IMG/VR virus record: IMGVR_UViG_2822571654_000002
Strand: one strand, 5' to 3'
Origin: a virus
Length of the DNA: 64,000 nucleotides
Shown here: positions 29,093 through 38,129 of the stretch, one piece after another
Layout: each line of letters starts with the position of its first letter
Position numbering within the stretch: position 1 is the first letter of the stretch
Made by a program: the position numbers and the translations under genes
The notes under the pieces: model-generated
Told to the model about the DNA's origin: nothing
Seen by the model: the letters and a program-made list of their open reading frames with translations, nothing else
Databases searched by the model: none

Positions 29093-29218
29093 ACCTTAGG
29101 TATTTATTAAAAAGAGGGCTTTAGTCCTCTTTTTTTATTTTCCCCTTATCTTTCCTTAAAAACAAACAAGACGCCCACCAGATCACGGTAGCGCCTACGA
29201 TAATTGATATTGGTTTAA

Positions 29219-29491
29219 TCAAAAATTTCCCCCTCTAACTCTATCTGCATTTCGTACACACTCTGCAAGCTTTTTCTCACCTAATAATGTATTAATTTCA
29301 ATTCGATCAGCTTCAGCTTGATTACCATTTAACAACCCGCCTACATTAGCGATGGCATCTCCTAATTCTTCAAATGCTTTCGTACAGCCTTCAGTAGCTT
29401 TCTTTAATCGTTCAAGTTTCACTTCCGCTTTATCAGTATCTACATTAACTTCAATATCTAATGTATTTCTTGATTTCTTCACTTCTTCCAT
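29219..29491 (-). CDS. Hypothetical phage protein
   Basis: GGAGG-like SD; 90-aa ORF. Confidence 0.65.
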   Translation of the reverse strand: MEEVKKSRNTLDIEVNVDTDKAEVKLERLKKATEGCTKAFEELGDAIANVGGLLNGNQAEADRIEINTLLGEKKLAECVRNADRVRGGNF

Positions 29492-29802
29492 CCTTCATCA
29501 TCCTTCCTTTTTAGTTGTCTAATTTGCACAAAACAAAAGAGCACCTAAAATTGTTAGGTACTCCGGTATATAAAGTGGTGCCACCACGTACTTCAATATA
29601 TAATCGCCCTTATTAAAAGGTGCAATAAAATAAGCACCTTTTACAGGTGCCAAATAAAACGTAGGGGTGGTAATCGCATGTCAGAAAGAGCTTTCAATAT
29701 CATTATATGAAGCTCGGCTTTCGTTATGTCTATAATAGCTTTCAAATAAGTTTAATGTGTAATTTCTATATAACAAAGAAAAAAGCACCCGTTTGGAATG
29801 CC

Positions 29803-29913
29803 CTAACCTACATATTCTTCAATTTTACTAAAGATACCGTTAATAGCAGGTAATACACATGCAACTGCTACCATTGTAGAAATAAGTTTTACAAAAAATA
29901 AGCTTACAGTCAT
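29803..29913 (-). CDS. 36-aa hydrophobic peptide
   Basis: GGAGGTG SD; MTVSLFFVKLISTMVAVACVLPAINGIFSKIEEYVG. Confidence 0.5.
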   Translation of the reverse strand: MTVSLFFVKLISTMVAVACVLPAINGIFSKIEEYVG

Positions 29914-30036
29914 ATTTACACCTCCTGCTCTAATAATAAACAGGAAATATTACAAACATTTTAAAATCCGTTTATAATAATATTATTTTTTAAGCATTTA
30001 TGTTACAAAGAAAAAAACACCCGTTATGGGTGCTTT

Positions 30037-30363
30037 TTATACTCTACTTTCATATAGCGTTTCAAATATTTCTGCCCATCTTCCTTCTTCATGGAGAGTT
30101 CTAGTTATTCCTTCCGCGAAATTATAATTTCCTCTCAACCTCGGAATAACTTCATAAATCGCTTGTTCGAATCCATGTTGACTTATAGTTTCATTTCTAC
30201 TAATTTTATCACGATGGTCCTGCATAATATCCATAATTGCACGATATTGTTCTTGTGTCACTTCATACTCAAATAAAAGTCTTGAAGTTCGCGTGTTTTC
30301 AAATAAAAGTTGTTGTCTAAATTCAATAAAAGCTAAACGTTCCTCTAACTCTAAATTTTCCAT
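30037..30363 (-). CDS. DUF1878-like protein
   Basis: LEERLAFIEFRQQLL N-terminus. Confidence 0.7.
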   Translation of the reverse strand: MENLELEERLAFIEFRQQLLFENTRTSRLLFEYEVTQEQYRAIMDIMQDHRDKISRNETISQHGFEQAIYEVIPRLRGNYNFAEGITRTLHEEGRWAEIFETLYESRV

Positions 30364-30439
30364 GATTACATCTCCCTATTTGTTTTATTTATATATCTAA
30401 ATTCGACATAATCAGATATATTCCTCTTTAAAAACAAAA

Positions 30440-31320
30440 AAACATCATAGAAGTGACAGCTTTCAAGGGAATGGAGAAAAGAGAGAAAACAAATGGCAAT
30501 AAGTAACTCTTCATTTAAGGTTGATGTGAGGTACTCTCAACCTTCTCCAAGCCACCGCATCATGTAATTTTCTAGCTCTTATTAGCTACGCGCTTAACGT
30601 TCGGTGACTGGGAGAAGGCGAAGAATCTTCTCGTTTATACTCCGTGGAGTCGGTCAATACTTCAGCCGTCGCATAGCCTTTGCAAATCATTTTGTTATAT
30701 TTCGTCCCGTGACAGATGAAATATCAATGTGATCATATAAAGGAAATTAATCTTTATATACAAGACAGTACTACGTTTTTCCACTGCCTTACTCTAGATA
30801 ACAAGATTAGTAGGGGGATTTACGCGGACAGGGGAATTATCCGTCTCATTATCTAGAGTAAAGGAGTGACAAGTTCCTTTACCCCTGTTTTATCCCAATA
30901 GTAAAAATCGTGAGTAATTACTACAGGTGATAATTCAAGTTACGTATACTACAGTTTTAAAGCAAATGATTTTACTCACCAGAACAATTTTCATTCAATC
31001 ATGAAAACCATCCCCATTCGTAGAAATCAACATAGCAAGAGTAATAGATTTATATCTATTTTCAGCACAGAAGGTGGATTCCATGCTGAATGATAGATAC
31101 AAATTAGAAACAGTGTGACGAATGCGAGTTATCTCACACCCACCACACTGGAATATGTCATTGTTAATTATTTAAGGGAATCTTACCACCCTCACGGCGA
31201 GATTCTTACCGCCCATGCCTGCCCTTCCGCAGTATACGTTAAGGTGTACTAATCCTCTTCAATATGCGGTTTTCATAGGGCTTGTACATTAAGAATATCG
31301 TTGATTTCATTATCAAAATT
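30440..31320 (-). ncRNA. Candidate large structured non-coding RNA in the late leader
   Basis: About 0.9 kb without a >=60-aa ORF in the track, with many nested and interleaved inverted repeats (see findings). Strand inferred from late transcription direction. Confidence 0.4.
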
Positions 31321-31476
31321 CCCCCTATTTAGTCGGCATTTTGTCGATGTTTTGAAAAACATAAACATTCCAATTTATTATATTTTTTCTTTTTTTGATA
31401 ATATATGTATCTTATTTGGGTTTTAATATCATATAATTAAACTATTATAATTTTATACAAGTAAGGATGGTTAGAC

Positions 31477-31809
31477 ATGACGGTACAACAAGAAAAAGTA
31501 ACAAGACGCGTTGTTTGTAGGAAATGTAAATCTGATCAAATAGTCGGTAATAAACGTGGTTATAATTTTAAAAGGATGTTTTTAATTCTGTTTCTTATGT
31601 TAGCTACACTTATAATTATTGGATTAGCTGCTTTTTCCTTTCATGATATAATTCCTCTAAGTTCCCCTCTTAGTGGTATAGCCGCATTTATTGTTGGAGT
31701 TATTATGCTTCTAGGAGCACCAATAACTCTATTCAGTGGATTTATTGGTAGGAAAAATATTGTTAATGGTTGCATGAATTGCGGACATACATGGATGCCT
31801 AAAAAATAA
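31477..31809 (+). CDS. Membrane protein with split CxxC...CxxC zinc-ribbon (moron)
   Basis: ATG ACG GTA CAA reads on the + strand (track label '-' is wrong); CRKCKS, two TM helices, CMNCGH. Confidence 0.8.
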   Translation: MTVQQEKVTRRVVCRKCKSDQIVGNKRGYNFKRMFLILFLMLATLIIIGLAAFSFHDIIPLSSPLSGIAAFIVGVIMLLGAPITLFSGFIGRKNIVNGCMNCGHTWMPKK

Positions 31810-31868
31810 AACATAAAAAGCCAAATGGATAGTTACTTAAAAACTGCCAATTTGGCTTTTGTGTATTA

Positions 31869-32255
31869 TTAAATCATCCCTAAAGATGTAGCAATCAATC
31901 GAATCGCATTTTTCTTCTTATAATAGAAGTGATCTTTCTTCATCGATAATTCAGTATAAATAAAGCTGTCTTTCGGCTTATCCGCATTTAAGTACTTCCT
32001 CTTGATAATCTCAGCCTCGTCATAGTCTAAAACGTACTGTAGAGCCTTATCGATCTGTTTGAATTTGATATTGCTAACATGTCTTGTATTCCTTATCTCA
32101 GGAAACAGACTAATTCCCTCTTGCTGTAACTCCACTTCATTCTCAAAGCGTGCTTTTAAGGCGCGGTATTCCTTTAGGATTTTCACTACTTCTTTCTGAA
32201 CCTTCTTTTCTGTCTCTCTATCAATAACCGGTAATAAAGTTAATTGTCTCTCCAT
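31869..32255 (-). CDS. arpU: ArpU-family late transcriptional activator
   Basis: EAEIIKRKYL...YYKKKNAIRLIA motif. Confidence 0.88.
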   Translation of the reverse strand: MERQLTLLPVIDRETEKKVQKEVVKILKEYRALKARFENEVELQQEGISLFPEIRNTRHVSNIKFKQIDKALQYVLDYDEAEIIKRKYLNADKPKDSFIYTELSMKKDHFYYKKKNAIRLIATSLGMI

Positions 32256-32393
32256 GAAGGAATCCCCCTATTTCTGAATTTGTCTTTTTACATTCACATC
32301 AGGTACGTGAAATTTTACCATCATATTGTTGAATAAGGGAAACATGCATAGCGAGTATCCCACACCATCCACTTTGCATGTTTCTGTTATCCA

Positions 32394-33023
32394 TTAAGCC
32401 TTTAATAATTTACGTGTCTTGTTGGCCATCTTCTCTTTTGCTGCTTCAATGTTATTTGCTACTTTCTTATGGTCCTGATCAAATTGAATCATGCCATCAA
32501 ACATAACTGGAGCTACTGCTTCATCAATGTATTGCAAGTAATCCACTGGCGCTCGCTCTGTCTGTTCTACTAAATACCCATAAATATCAAAATCTGCTCT
32601 TGGTATAGACTTCTTGCCCTTCGGTTGATGAGACATCCTTACATAAGATTGAATGATTGATAGTGGTACTGCAAATACTGACTTATCCTTACTAAACTCT
32701 ATAAGGAAGAAGCATATTGCTCCCATCTTCTCTGCTTTCTCTAGATAATCCAATTGATGCTGCGCAATGTTCTTTAAATCAAAACGTGTGTCCTTCTCTG
32801 TAGATTTAGCTTCAAACGCAATAGCTCGTCCCTTATACACTCCGTCATAATCTACTGTACTTTTAGCTTCATAGAATCCGTTTAATACTCGTCCACCTGC
32901 GCTTTTTAACACCTTCACAGGAGTCGGACGCTTGTTTATAAGCGCCACTCCACCTCTTTGATACATTTCATTTGATAGATTGATAAGCATTTCAAATGCC
33001 ATTCCACGATTTCCTAAAGTCAT
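32394..33023 (-). CDS. recU: RecU Holliday junction resolvase
   Basis: GNRGMAFE, STVDYDGVYKG, AFEAKST, HQLDYL. Confidence 0.93.
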   Translation of the reverse strand: MTLGNRGMAFEMLINLSNEMYQRGGVALINKRPTPVKVLKSAGGRVLNGFYEAKSTVDYDGVYKGRAIAFEAKSTEKDTRFDLKNIAQHQLDYLEKAEKMGAICFFLIEFSKDKSVFAVPLSIIQSYVRMSHQPKGKKSIPRADFDIYGYLVEQTERAPVDYLQYIDEAVAPVMFDGMIQFDQDHKKVANNIEAAKEKMANKTRKLLKA

Positions 33024-33146
33024 TTTTAATTCCTCGCTCTCTATTTCAAATAATTATTTTATTTATTTTTTCACAACTAACAGCCTAAATATCTTATAAT
33101 TGTTATATACTAAATTAAATTAACAAATAAATTAGGAGTAAGTAAA

Positions 33147-33311
33147 ATGCCAGATTCACTAGAACTCATTCTTTTCATCCTTCTAGCAATTAGTGCTGTT
33201 GGCTATTTAACAAAAGAATTTCAAAAAACTAGGAAAAGAAAGCTTGGAATTTCACTAGAATTTTTAGTTCTTTTTTGGTCAATATGGAGAATATCGACTA
33301 TCATAATCTAG
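33147..33311 (+). CDS. 54-aa two-TM membrane protein
   Basis: AGGAG SD; MPDSLELILFILLAISAVGYL...; below track cutoff. Confidence 0.6.
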   Translation: MPDSLELILFILLAISAVGYLTKEFQKTRKRKLGISLEFLVLFWSIWRISTIII

Positions 33312-33913
33312 TTTGTAAAATATAATACCCACTGAATAAAACTCAATATTCCGTCAATAATGTAAACAACCCATTTCTTAACCATATTCCATGATTGGAG
33401 CAGTTAGTTTTTGCTAACTGCTTTTTTCGTTCTGATTTTTCTACTCATTACATACATTTTTAACGTGTTCATTTTGTTCACTGAGTTACCTCCTATCTGT
33501 AGAGCAGCCTAAACGGTTGCTCTTTTTCAATTTCTCCTTTACTACAAAAGGAAATGTTTATAAAAAGCTTTCTCAACACCCAACCGATGGAAGTAATTTC
33601 CCTTTTATGGTAATGCATTGGTAATCCTATAAAGGTTTAGTGTTTCATTAAAAGGACCCGTCCCCCTAATCGGGTCCTTTTAAGCGTTTTCGTTTAAAAT
33701 ATCAGCTCTAAGTAAATTAGATACATTTACCAGTATGTTTACCACAACATTCATGTTAAAATCCCTTGTGAGTACGACATAACTCGACCTTATGGAGCCC
33801 TGCATCCCTACTCGCAGGGCTCTTTTTTTATTTAAATTAACGCTTCTTCCTTACTCCTCAACCAACTAAAACCATGTTAAAATTAACCCATAATCTGTAA
33901 GGAGGTATATAAA

Positions 33914-34054
33914 ATGCTCTCACCGTACACATGTGTATCTTGTGATCAACCTCTCATACAACACGATGAACATTCGTTTATTCATTACTGCATTAATCCA
34001 AATTGTGAAGAAGCAAAACTGCACTTATCTCTGTTGGAAGAGATGGGGGTGTAA
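33914..34054 (+). CDS. 46-aa Cys/His-rich (zinc-ribbon-like) protein
   Basis: GGAGG SD; MLSPYTCVSCDQPLIQHDEHSFIHYCINPNCEE...; possible sigmaK-type AC-N16-CATAatcT upstream. Confidence 0.6.
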   Translation: MLSPYTCVSCDQPLIQHDEHSFIHYCINPNCEEAKLHLSLLEEMGV

Positions 34055-34199
34055 ACCCTATCTCTTTTTCTTACAATAAGGATTTTATTTAAATTTCATA
34101 ATACTTCTCATTGTCCAAATAGGTTCAAAATTATCTATTTAGCATATATAATACTTTTAAGCAATTTAAATTTTATACATAAGTCATGGAGGCATTAAA

Positions 34200-34559
34200 A
34201 TGGGGAGCGTCCCAAATTTACCACCACAACAATCAATCTCAAAAAAACAAATTAATCCTTACAAGAATCCACAAACGAATAAAAAGCTAAGACGTCGTCT
34301 TTTATTAGCGCTTGCTTTTATGCTACCTATGGTTATTTCCATTCAAATCTCCATTTATAAGCAAGAACAAATTATTCAAGAAAAACAAATTACACTTAAT
34401 AAAGAAAAGAAAAGATTGTCTGAATTAGAAATGATAGGCCGTTATAATGAAAAAGATATTAAAACTTTAACAGAGAGCGAAGAAGGTATTTTAAAGTTCG
34501 CAAGGAAATTGTATGGATTCTCCAGACCTGATGAAACGATATTTCAAATAACTGAATAG
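34200..34559 (+). CDS. DivIC/FtsB-like septum-formation-initiator paralogue
   Basis: Reads on the + strand (track label '-' is wrong); basic patch RRRLL, TM helix, coiled coil, KFARKLYGFSRPDETIF. Confidence 0.8.
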   Translation: MGSVPNLPPQQSISKKQINPYKNPQTNKKLRRRLLLALAFMLPMVISIQISIYKQEQIIQEKQITLNKEKKRLSELEMIGRYNEKDIKTLTESEEGILKFARKLYGFSRPDETIFQITE

Positions 34560-34653
34560 CTTTTCAATATATAAGCGATTGTCATTAATCATGGAGCGAT
34601 TTAATGATAATCGCTTTTTATCAAAATTCTATTAAATAACTATTTTATATTAA

Positions 34654-34899
34654 TTACTTATACCAGCATTCATTTATATACCAAGCTCTATGCCAATCGT
34701 CATCAGTACTTTCTACTGCTTTGTTATGATTATTAGAATCCACTGGCAAGCAATACACTTTTGCATTATCTGGATCATTTTCTTCATCTTCAATTTCGAT
34801 TTGAGTAACTTTTAAGTGGTACTCCATAATACTGTTACTAAAAACATCACCTACAGCAATATACCAACCACTCGTTTCTAACTCTTCAACATATTTCAT
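34654..34899 (-). CDS. Hypothetical acidic phage protein
   Basis: GGGAG SD; 81 aa. Confidence 0.65.
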   Translation of the reverse strand: MKYVEELETSGWYIAVGDVFSNSIMEYHLKVTQIEIEDEENDPDNAKVYCLPVDSNNHNKAVESTDDDWHRAWYINECWYK

Positions 34900-34923
34900 A
34901 TTTCATCTCCCATTCGCCTTTAC

Positions 34924-35054
34924 GAATAATCTTTTTTACATTACACATACTACCCGTAAGCCGACTTCCCACGGCGGTACTCTTTTAAAACGGGGCTCAC
35001 TCCTCTGTACTGTTTAAGACATGGCAGGTAACTTAGTCAATTACCTGCTATTTT
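34924..35054 (+). ncRNA. Putative sigmaG/F-type promoter with a ~95-nt terminated transcript
   Basis: GAATA-N17-CATACTA (34924-34952); GCAGGTAA/TTACCTGC hairpin plus T-tract at 35024-35054. Confidence 0.45.
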
Positions 35055-35081
35055 CTATTCAAATAAAGCTTTTGTATGGAT

Positions 35082-35219
35082 TCACTTTGATAATTTAACT
35101 AATAATTTTTCGTACCATAAGCAATCATTTTCTAAAAGATCTCCATTTTCTAATCCGTTTCGTAGCAAGTGATAGAGCCTTTCAGCATCTTTATCAGATA
35201 AATAAATCTGTTTCCCCAT
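35082..35219 (-). CDS. 45-aa hypothetical protein
   Basis: AGGTG SD; MGKQIYLSDKDAERLYHLLRNG... Confidence 0.55.
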   Translation of the reverse strand: MGKQIYLSDKDAERLYHLLRNGLENGDLLENDCLWYEKLLVKLSK

Positions 35220-35420
35220 ACTGCACCTACTTTTCTACAAAATTCAAATTTGATTATTAACCAAAAATTAAAATATATAAATATTACGTAAAATTCTTGT
35301 TAAGATTGCTGTCATTGACACTTTTCTTCTCACAAACGACATATAATCAAGGTGCAAATAAAATCTTGCAAACTCATCAACATCCCATGTATTGAGTGCT
35401 AGGAGAGATTCTAGCCTTTT

Positions 35421-35867
35421 TTATTTAGCCCGTGTAGATCCGAATCCGCCAATACCACGTTCACTATCCGAAAGCTCGTTCACCTCAACAAAATGAGCTG
35501 TTTCCACTGGCGCTATGACGCCTTGAGCAATGCGTGTGCCTCGCTCAATAACATGAGCTTTCATATTTAGACTTATAGGTATTTCAGTGTTATCAACCAA
35601 CACTCCAACTTCTCCACGGTAGCCACTATCCACCGTCCCAAGAGCAACTCTTAACTTTGTATTACGCGTCATACCGCTACGCGGGCGCACCTGCAATTCA
35701 TATCCTGGTGGAATTTCGAACGCCAATCCCGTTGGTACAACCTTTGTTTCTCCTGGCCAAATAATCGTGTCCTCTGCTGCAACTAGATCAAAACCAGCAT
35801 CAAATTCCCGTGCATACTTTGGTAAATTCACATCTTTCAATCGTTTAATCTTCACTCTTAATTTCAT
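35421..35867 (-). CDS. dut: Trimeric dUTPase
   Basis: DAGFDL, QVRPRSG, GTVDSGYRGE, RIAQG, RGIGGFGST (motif 5 slightly altered). Confidence 0.93.
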   Translation of the reverse strand: MKLRVKIKRLKDVNLPKYAREFDAGFDLVAAEDTIIWPGETKVVPTGLAFEIPPGYELQVRPRSGMTRNTKLRVALGTVDSGYRGEVGVLVDNTEIPISLNMKAHVIERGTRIAQGVIAPVETAHFVEVNELSDSERGIGGFGSTRAK

Positions 35868-35880
35868 TCTTTCCCGCTCC

Positions 35881-36048
35881 TTATAAGTAACTTTTCAATT
35901 TCTCTTTCTGTTTCTTCAACACTTCCAAGGAAAGCTTCGTCTTCCGCTTCTCGTTATCCAATCCCACTAGGTGATATTCCATCTTACGAATTTCGCTCTC
36001 TACTACTTGGAGTTCACTTTGCACCTGCACCAAGGTATCTTTTTTCAT
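35881..36048 (-). CDS. 55-aa coiled-coil protein
   Basis: GGAGGG SD; heptad pattern. Confidence 0.6.
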   Translation of the reverse strand: MKKDTLVQVQSELQVVESEIRKMEYHLVGLDNEKRKTKLSLEVLKKQKEKLKSYL

Positions 36049-36112
36049 TACTTCCCTCCCTTTGCTTCGCTAATTAACTTCGTGATTTCATATACACCGT
36101 TCTCCATCTCCA

Positions 36113-36247
36113 TCATTCCGAATACACTCCTTTTATTAGATTCCACAACTCTTGCTCAGTCATCTCGTAAAGTTGTCGACCTGTCTTTTCTTCTTTATAA
36201 ATTCCCTTTTGTAGTAATACATCGATGTAGATTTGTTTCCTGTCTAT
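36113..36247 (-). pseudogene. FbpA (Fur-regulated basic protein A)-like ORF with ATA where the start codon should be
   Basis: GGAGG-CAGC-ATA GAC AGG AAA...; RKQIYIDVLLQKGIYKEKTGRQLYEMTEQEL. Confidence 0.55.
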
Positions 36248-36343
36248 GCTGCCTCCTAGCTTCTTTTCTTCGTAGCTCTTCTTATAGGTGTAGTCGCTGC
36301 CCTTTGTGGATTACATCTATTTATCGTCATGGCGCTATGCCTC

Positions 36344-36607
36344 CTAATCCAAATTCATGATTTCCTCTAAGGTTCTATCCGAAATATAAGTAGTAATGAT
36401 TTGTATCTTTCCGTATTTCTTTTTAGCCATTTCTATAGCCGTGCCCTCGGACTTCGCCTCAAACCAACGAAGCTTCCACTTCTCGTCTTTGTCGTAAAAC
36501 TCTACTGAGTACGTCATAACGCTATTACTCTTCAAAAATCTTTCCGCTGTACTTGTTGCGCTATAATCAAAACTTCCTACTACATCCTCCAGTGTTAGTT
36601 GTTTCAT
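36344..36607 (-). CDS. Hypothetical phage protein
   Basis: MKQLTLEDVVG; start overlaps the upstream stop. Confidence 0.7.
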   Translation of the reverse strand: MKQLTLEDVVGSFDYSATSTAERFLKSNSVMTYSVEFYDKDEKWKLRWFEAKSEGTAIEMAKKKYGKIQIITTYISDRTLEEIMNLD

Positions 36608-36891
36608 GCCCCTAACCCCATTGGACGAGATTTAATTTTGTTCTTATCTGCCTGATCCATGATTAATGCAGCGATTTCTAATTGATGCCTTCCTAGCTCT
36701 TTTGCTATTTCAAGAATATCTTTATCCTCATCCCACATTTCTCGTAATCGAATCACTTCACTTTCATCAAACAATAAGTCCAACTCTTCTAAAGCGATAT
36801 ATAAGTTACAACGCGATTTCTTCATGTACCTTCCCTGCTGTAACGCCATTGTGTAATTCTCCTTTTCCAAATCCGTTCCAAGTCGTGGCAT
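36604..36891 (-). CDS. HTH-containing phage protein
   Basis: ILEIAKELGRHQLEIAAL. Confidence 0.7.
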   Translation of the reverse strand: MPRLGTDLEKENYTMALQQGRYMKKSRCNLYIALEELDLLFDESEVIRLREMWDEDKDILEIAKELGRHQLEIAALIMDQADKNKIKSRPMGLGA

Positions 36892-37069
36892 CCCATTTCC
36901 CTTCCAGTTGTAATTGATGAATTTCTCTTAGCTCCGCCATAACGGCATGACGTCTTCTATCCACTTCTTCAGGACTGCGATTCCCTGCTTCGCAAATACA
37001 CGGTGCAAATTGATAGCAGCCATTCCCCATATCGTTCTGAATTACTCCCGTTCCGTTACATGCACACAT
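36806..37069 (-). CDS. Hypothetical protein with CxCxG zinc-finger-like N-terminus
   Basis: MCACNGTG...PCIC; GGGGG SD. Confidence 0.65.
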   Translation of the reverse strand: MCACNGTGVIQNDMGNGCYQFAPCICEAGNRSPEEVDRRRHAVMAELREIHQLQLEGKWDATTWNGFGKGELHNGVTAGKVHEEIAL

Positions 37070-37105
37070 TTCATTTCCCCCTTTTGTTTTCAAATAACGC
37101 TTTGG

Positions 37106-37279
37106 TTAAAAATTTGTAAGTTCAGTTTGTTCAGTCGTATAACGTGTTTCCTTGTCTTGTTTATACTTTTCCGTTAACTCTTCCACTCTTTTATTCGCTT
37201 CCGTTAATGTTGGATATGCCCCCATTAATACACACTCGTTTTCTCCTTCAATAACCGCTTTGACTACGAAGATGTTCAT
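37106..37279 (-). CDS. Hypothetical protein
   Basis: GAGGGA SD before ATG at 37279. Confidence 0.6.
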   Translation of the reverse strand: MNIFVVKAVIEGENECVLMGAYPTLTEANKRVEELTEKYKQDKETRYTTEQTELTNF

Positions 37280-37319
37280 TATTAATCCCTCGTTTCTGTA
37301 CAAAATTCAAATTTGATAA

Positions 37320-38129
37320 CTAAAATGGTAATGCTTTTCTTCTGTAATCCTTTGTATCTTTGAAAACAAGTGCTTTAAAGTTGTTAAAAATACGTGATAC
37401 GATTCGCTCGTCATATGCGCCTTCTAGACGTTCCCCTGTAAGGTTTGTCGTAAAGATAGTAGATTTACCTTGCCTTCCATCAAAAACATCGAATAACACT
37501 CTATTAATGAAGTTTGTCGCCTTTGTATTCGCATCTAGGGCCCCTAACTCTGCTCCCAAATCATCGACTATCAATACTTCTGCTCTTACTAAGCTTCGAA
37601 TGATTGAATCCTCAGTTAGTGTTGAATCTTTACTGAACGTACTTTTAATCTTTCGTAGTAATTCGCCGACTGTAACGAAGACAACTGACTTCCCTGCTCC
37701 TGCAAGCTGATCTGCGATAGCATAAGCCAGATGCGTTTTCCCTGCTCCGCAATTCCCGGCCATAATCGTGTTAAACACCTTCTCATTGAGATAATCCGTT
37801 GCGATGCACTTTGCGAGTTCAAGGTTCTTCGCTCCTTCCTCGCTAGTAGGTTGGTAGTTTTCAAAGTTAGCTTTCTTAATGTCGCTATCGGCGATCATAC
37901 TTTGTTGATGGAACATGAACTTCTTCTCATTCGCCTTATCCGCATCATATTTCGCTTGTTCCTGTTGCTGAAGCTTCTTACTTTCGTTTTCAAGGAAGCA
38001 TCGAGGGCAAACAACTTGTCCACCGAACTTCATCTTATTCATGCCGTGCGTATCACACACATCAGAATCCATAGTCATATTCACCTTTTTGGCTATATCG
38101 GTTGGTATTGCTGCCGCTGCTCTCTGCAT
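37320..38129 (-). CDS. DnaC/IstB-like helicase loader ATPase
   Basis: GNCGAGKT, LIVDDLG, IFTTNL; N-terminal CxxH/CxxC. Confidence 0.92.
   Translation of the reverse strand: MQRAAAAIPTDIAKKVNMTMDSDVCDTHGMNKMKFGGQVVCPRCFLENESKKLQQQEQAKYDADKANEKKFMFHQQSMIADSDIKKANFENYQPTSEEGAKNLELAKCIATDYLNEKVFNTIMAGNCGAGKTHLAYAIADQLAGAGKSVVFVTVGELLRKIKSTFSKDSTLTEDSIIRSLVRAEVLIVDDLGAELGALDANTKATNFINRVLFDVFDGRQGKSTIFTTNLTGERLEGAYDERIVSRIFNNFKALVFKDTKDYRRKALPF

Noticed and set aside
30440-31320. Hammerhead or intron identity for the structured region
   Set aside because: No CUGAUGA/GAAA core and no group I or II conserved motifs recognised; left as an unclassified candidate.
31477-31809. ORF track labels this ORF minus strand
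   Set aside because: The listed protein MTVQQEK... is read from the + strand (ATG 31477, TAA 31807-31809); annotated as +.
34200-34559. ORF track labels this ORF minus strand
   Set aside because: MGSVPNL... is read from the + strand (ATG at 34200); annotated as +.
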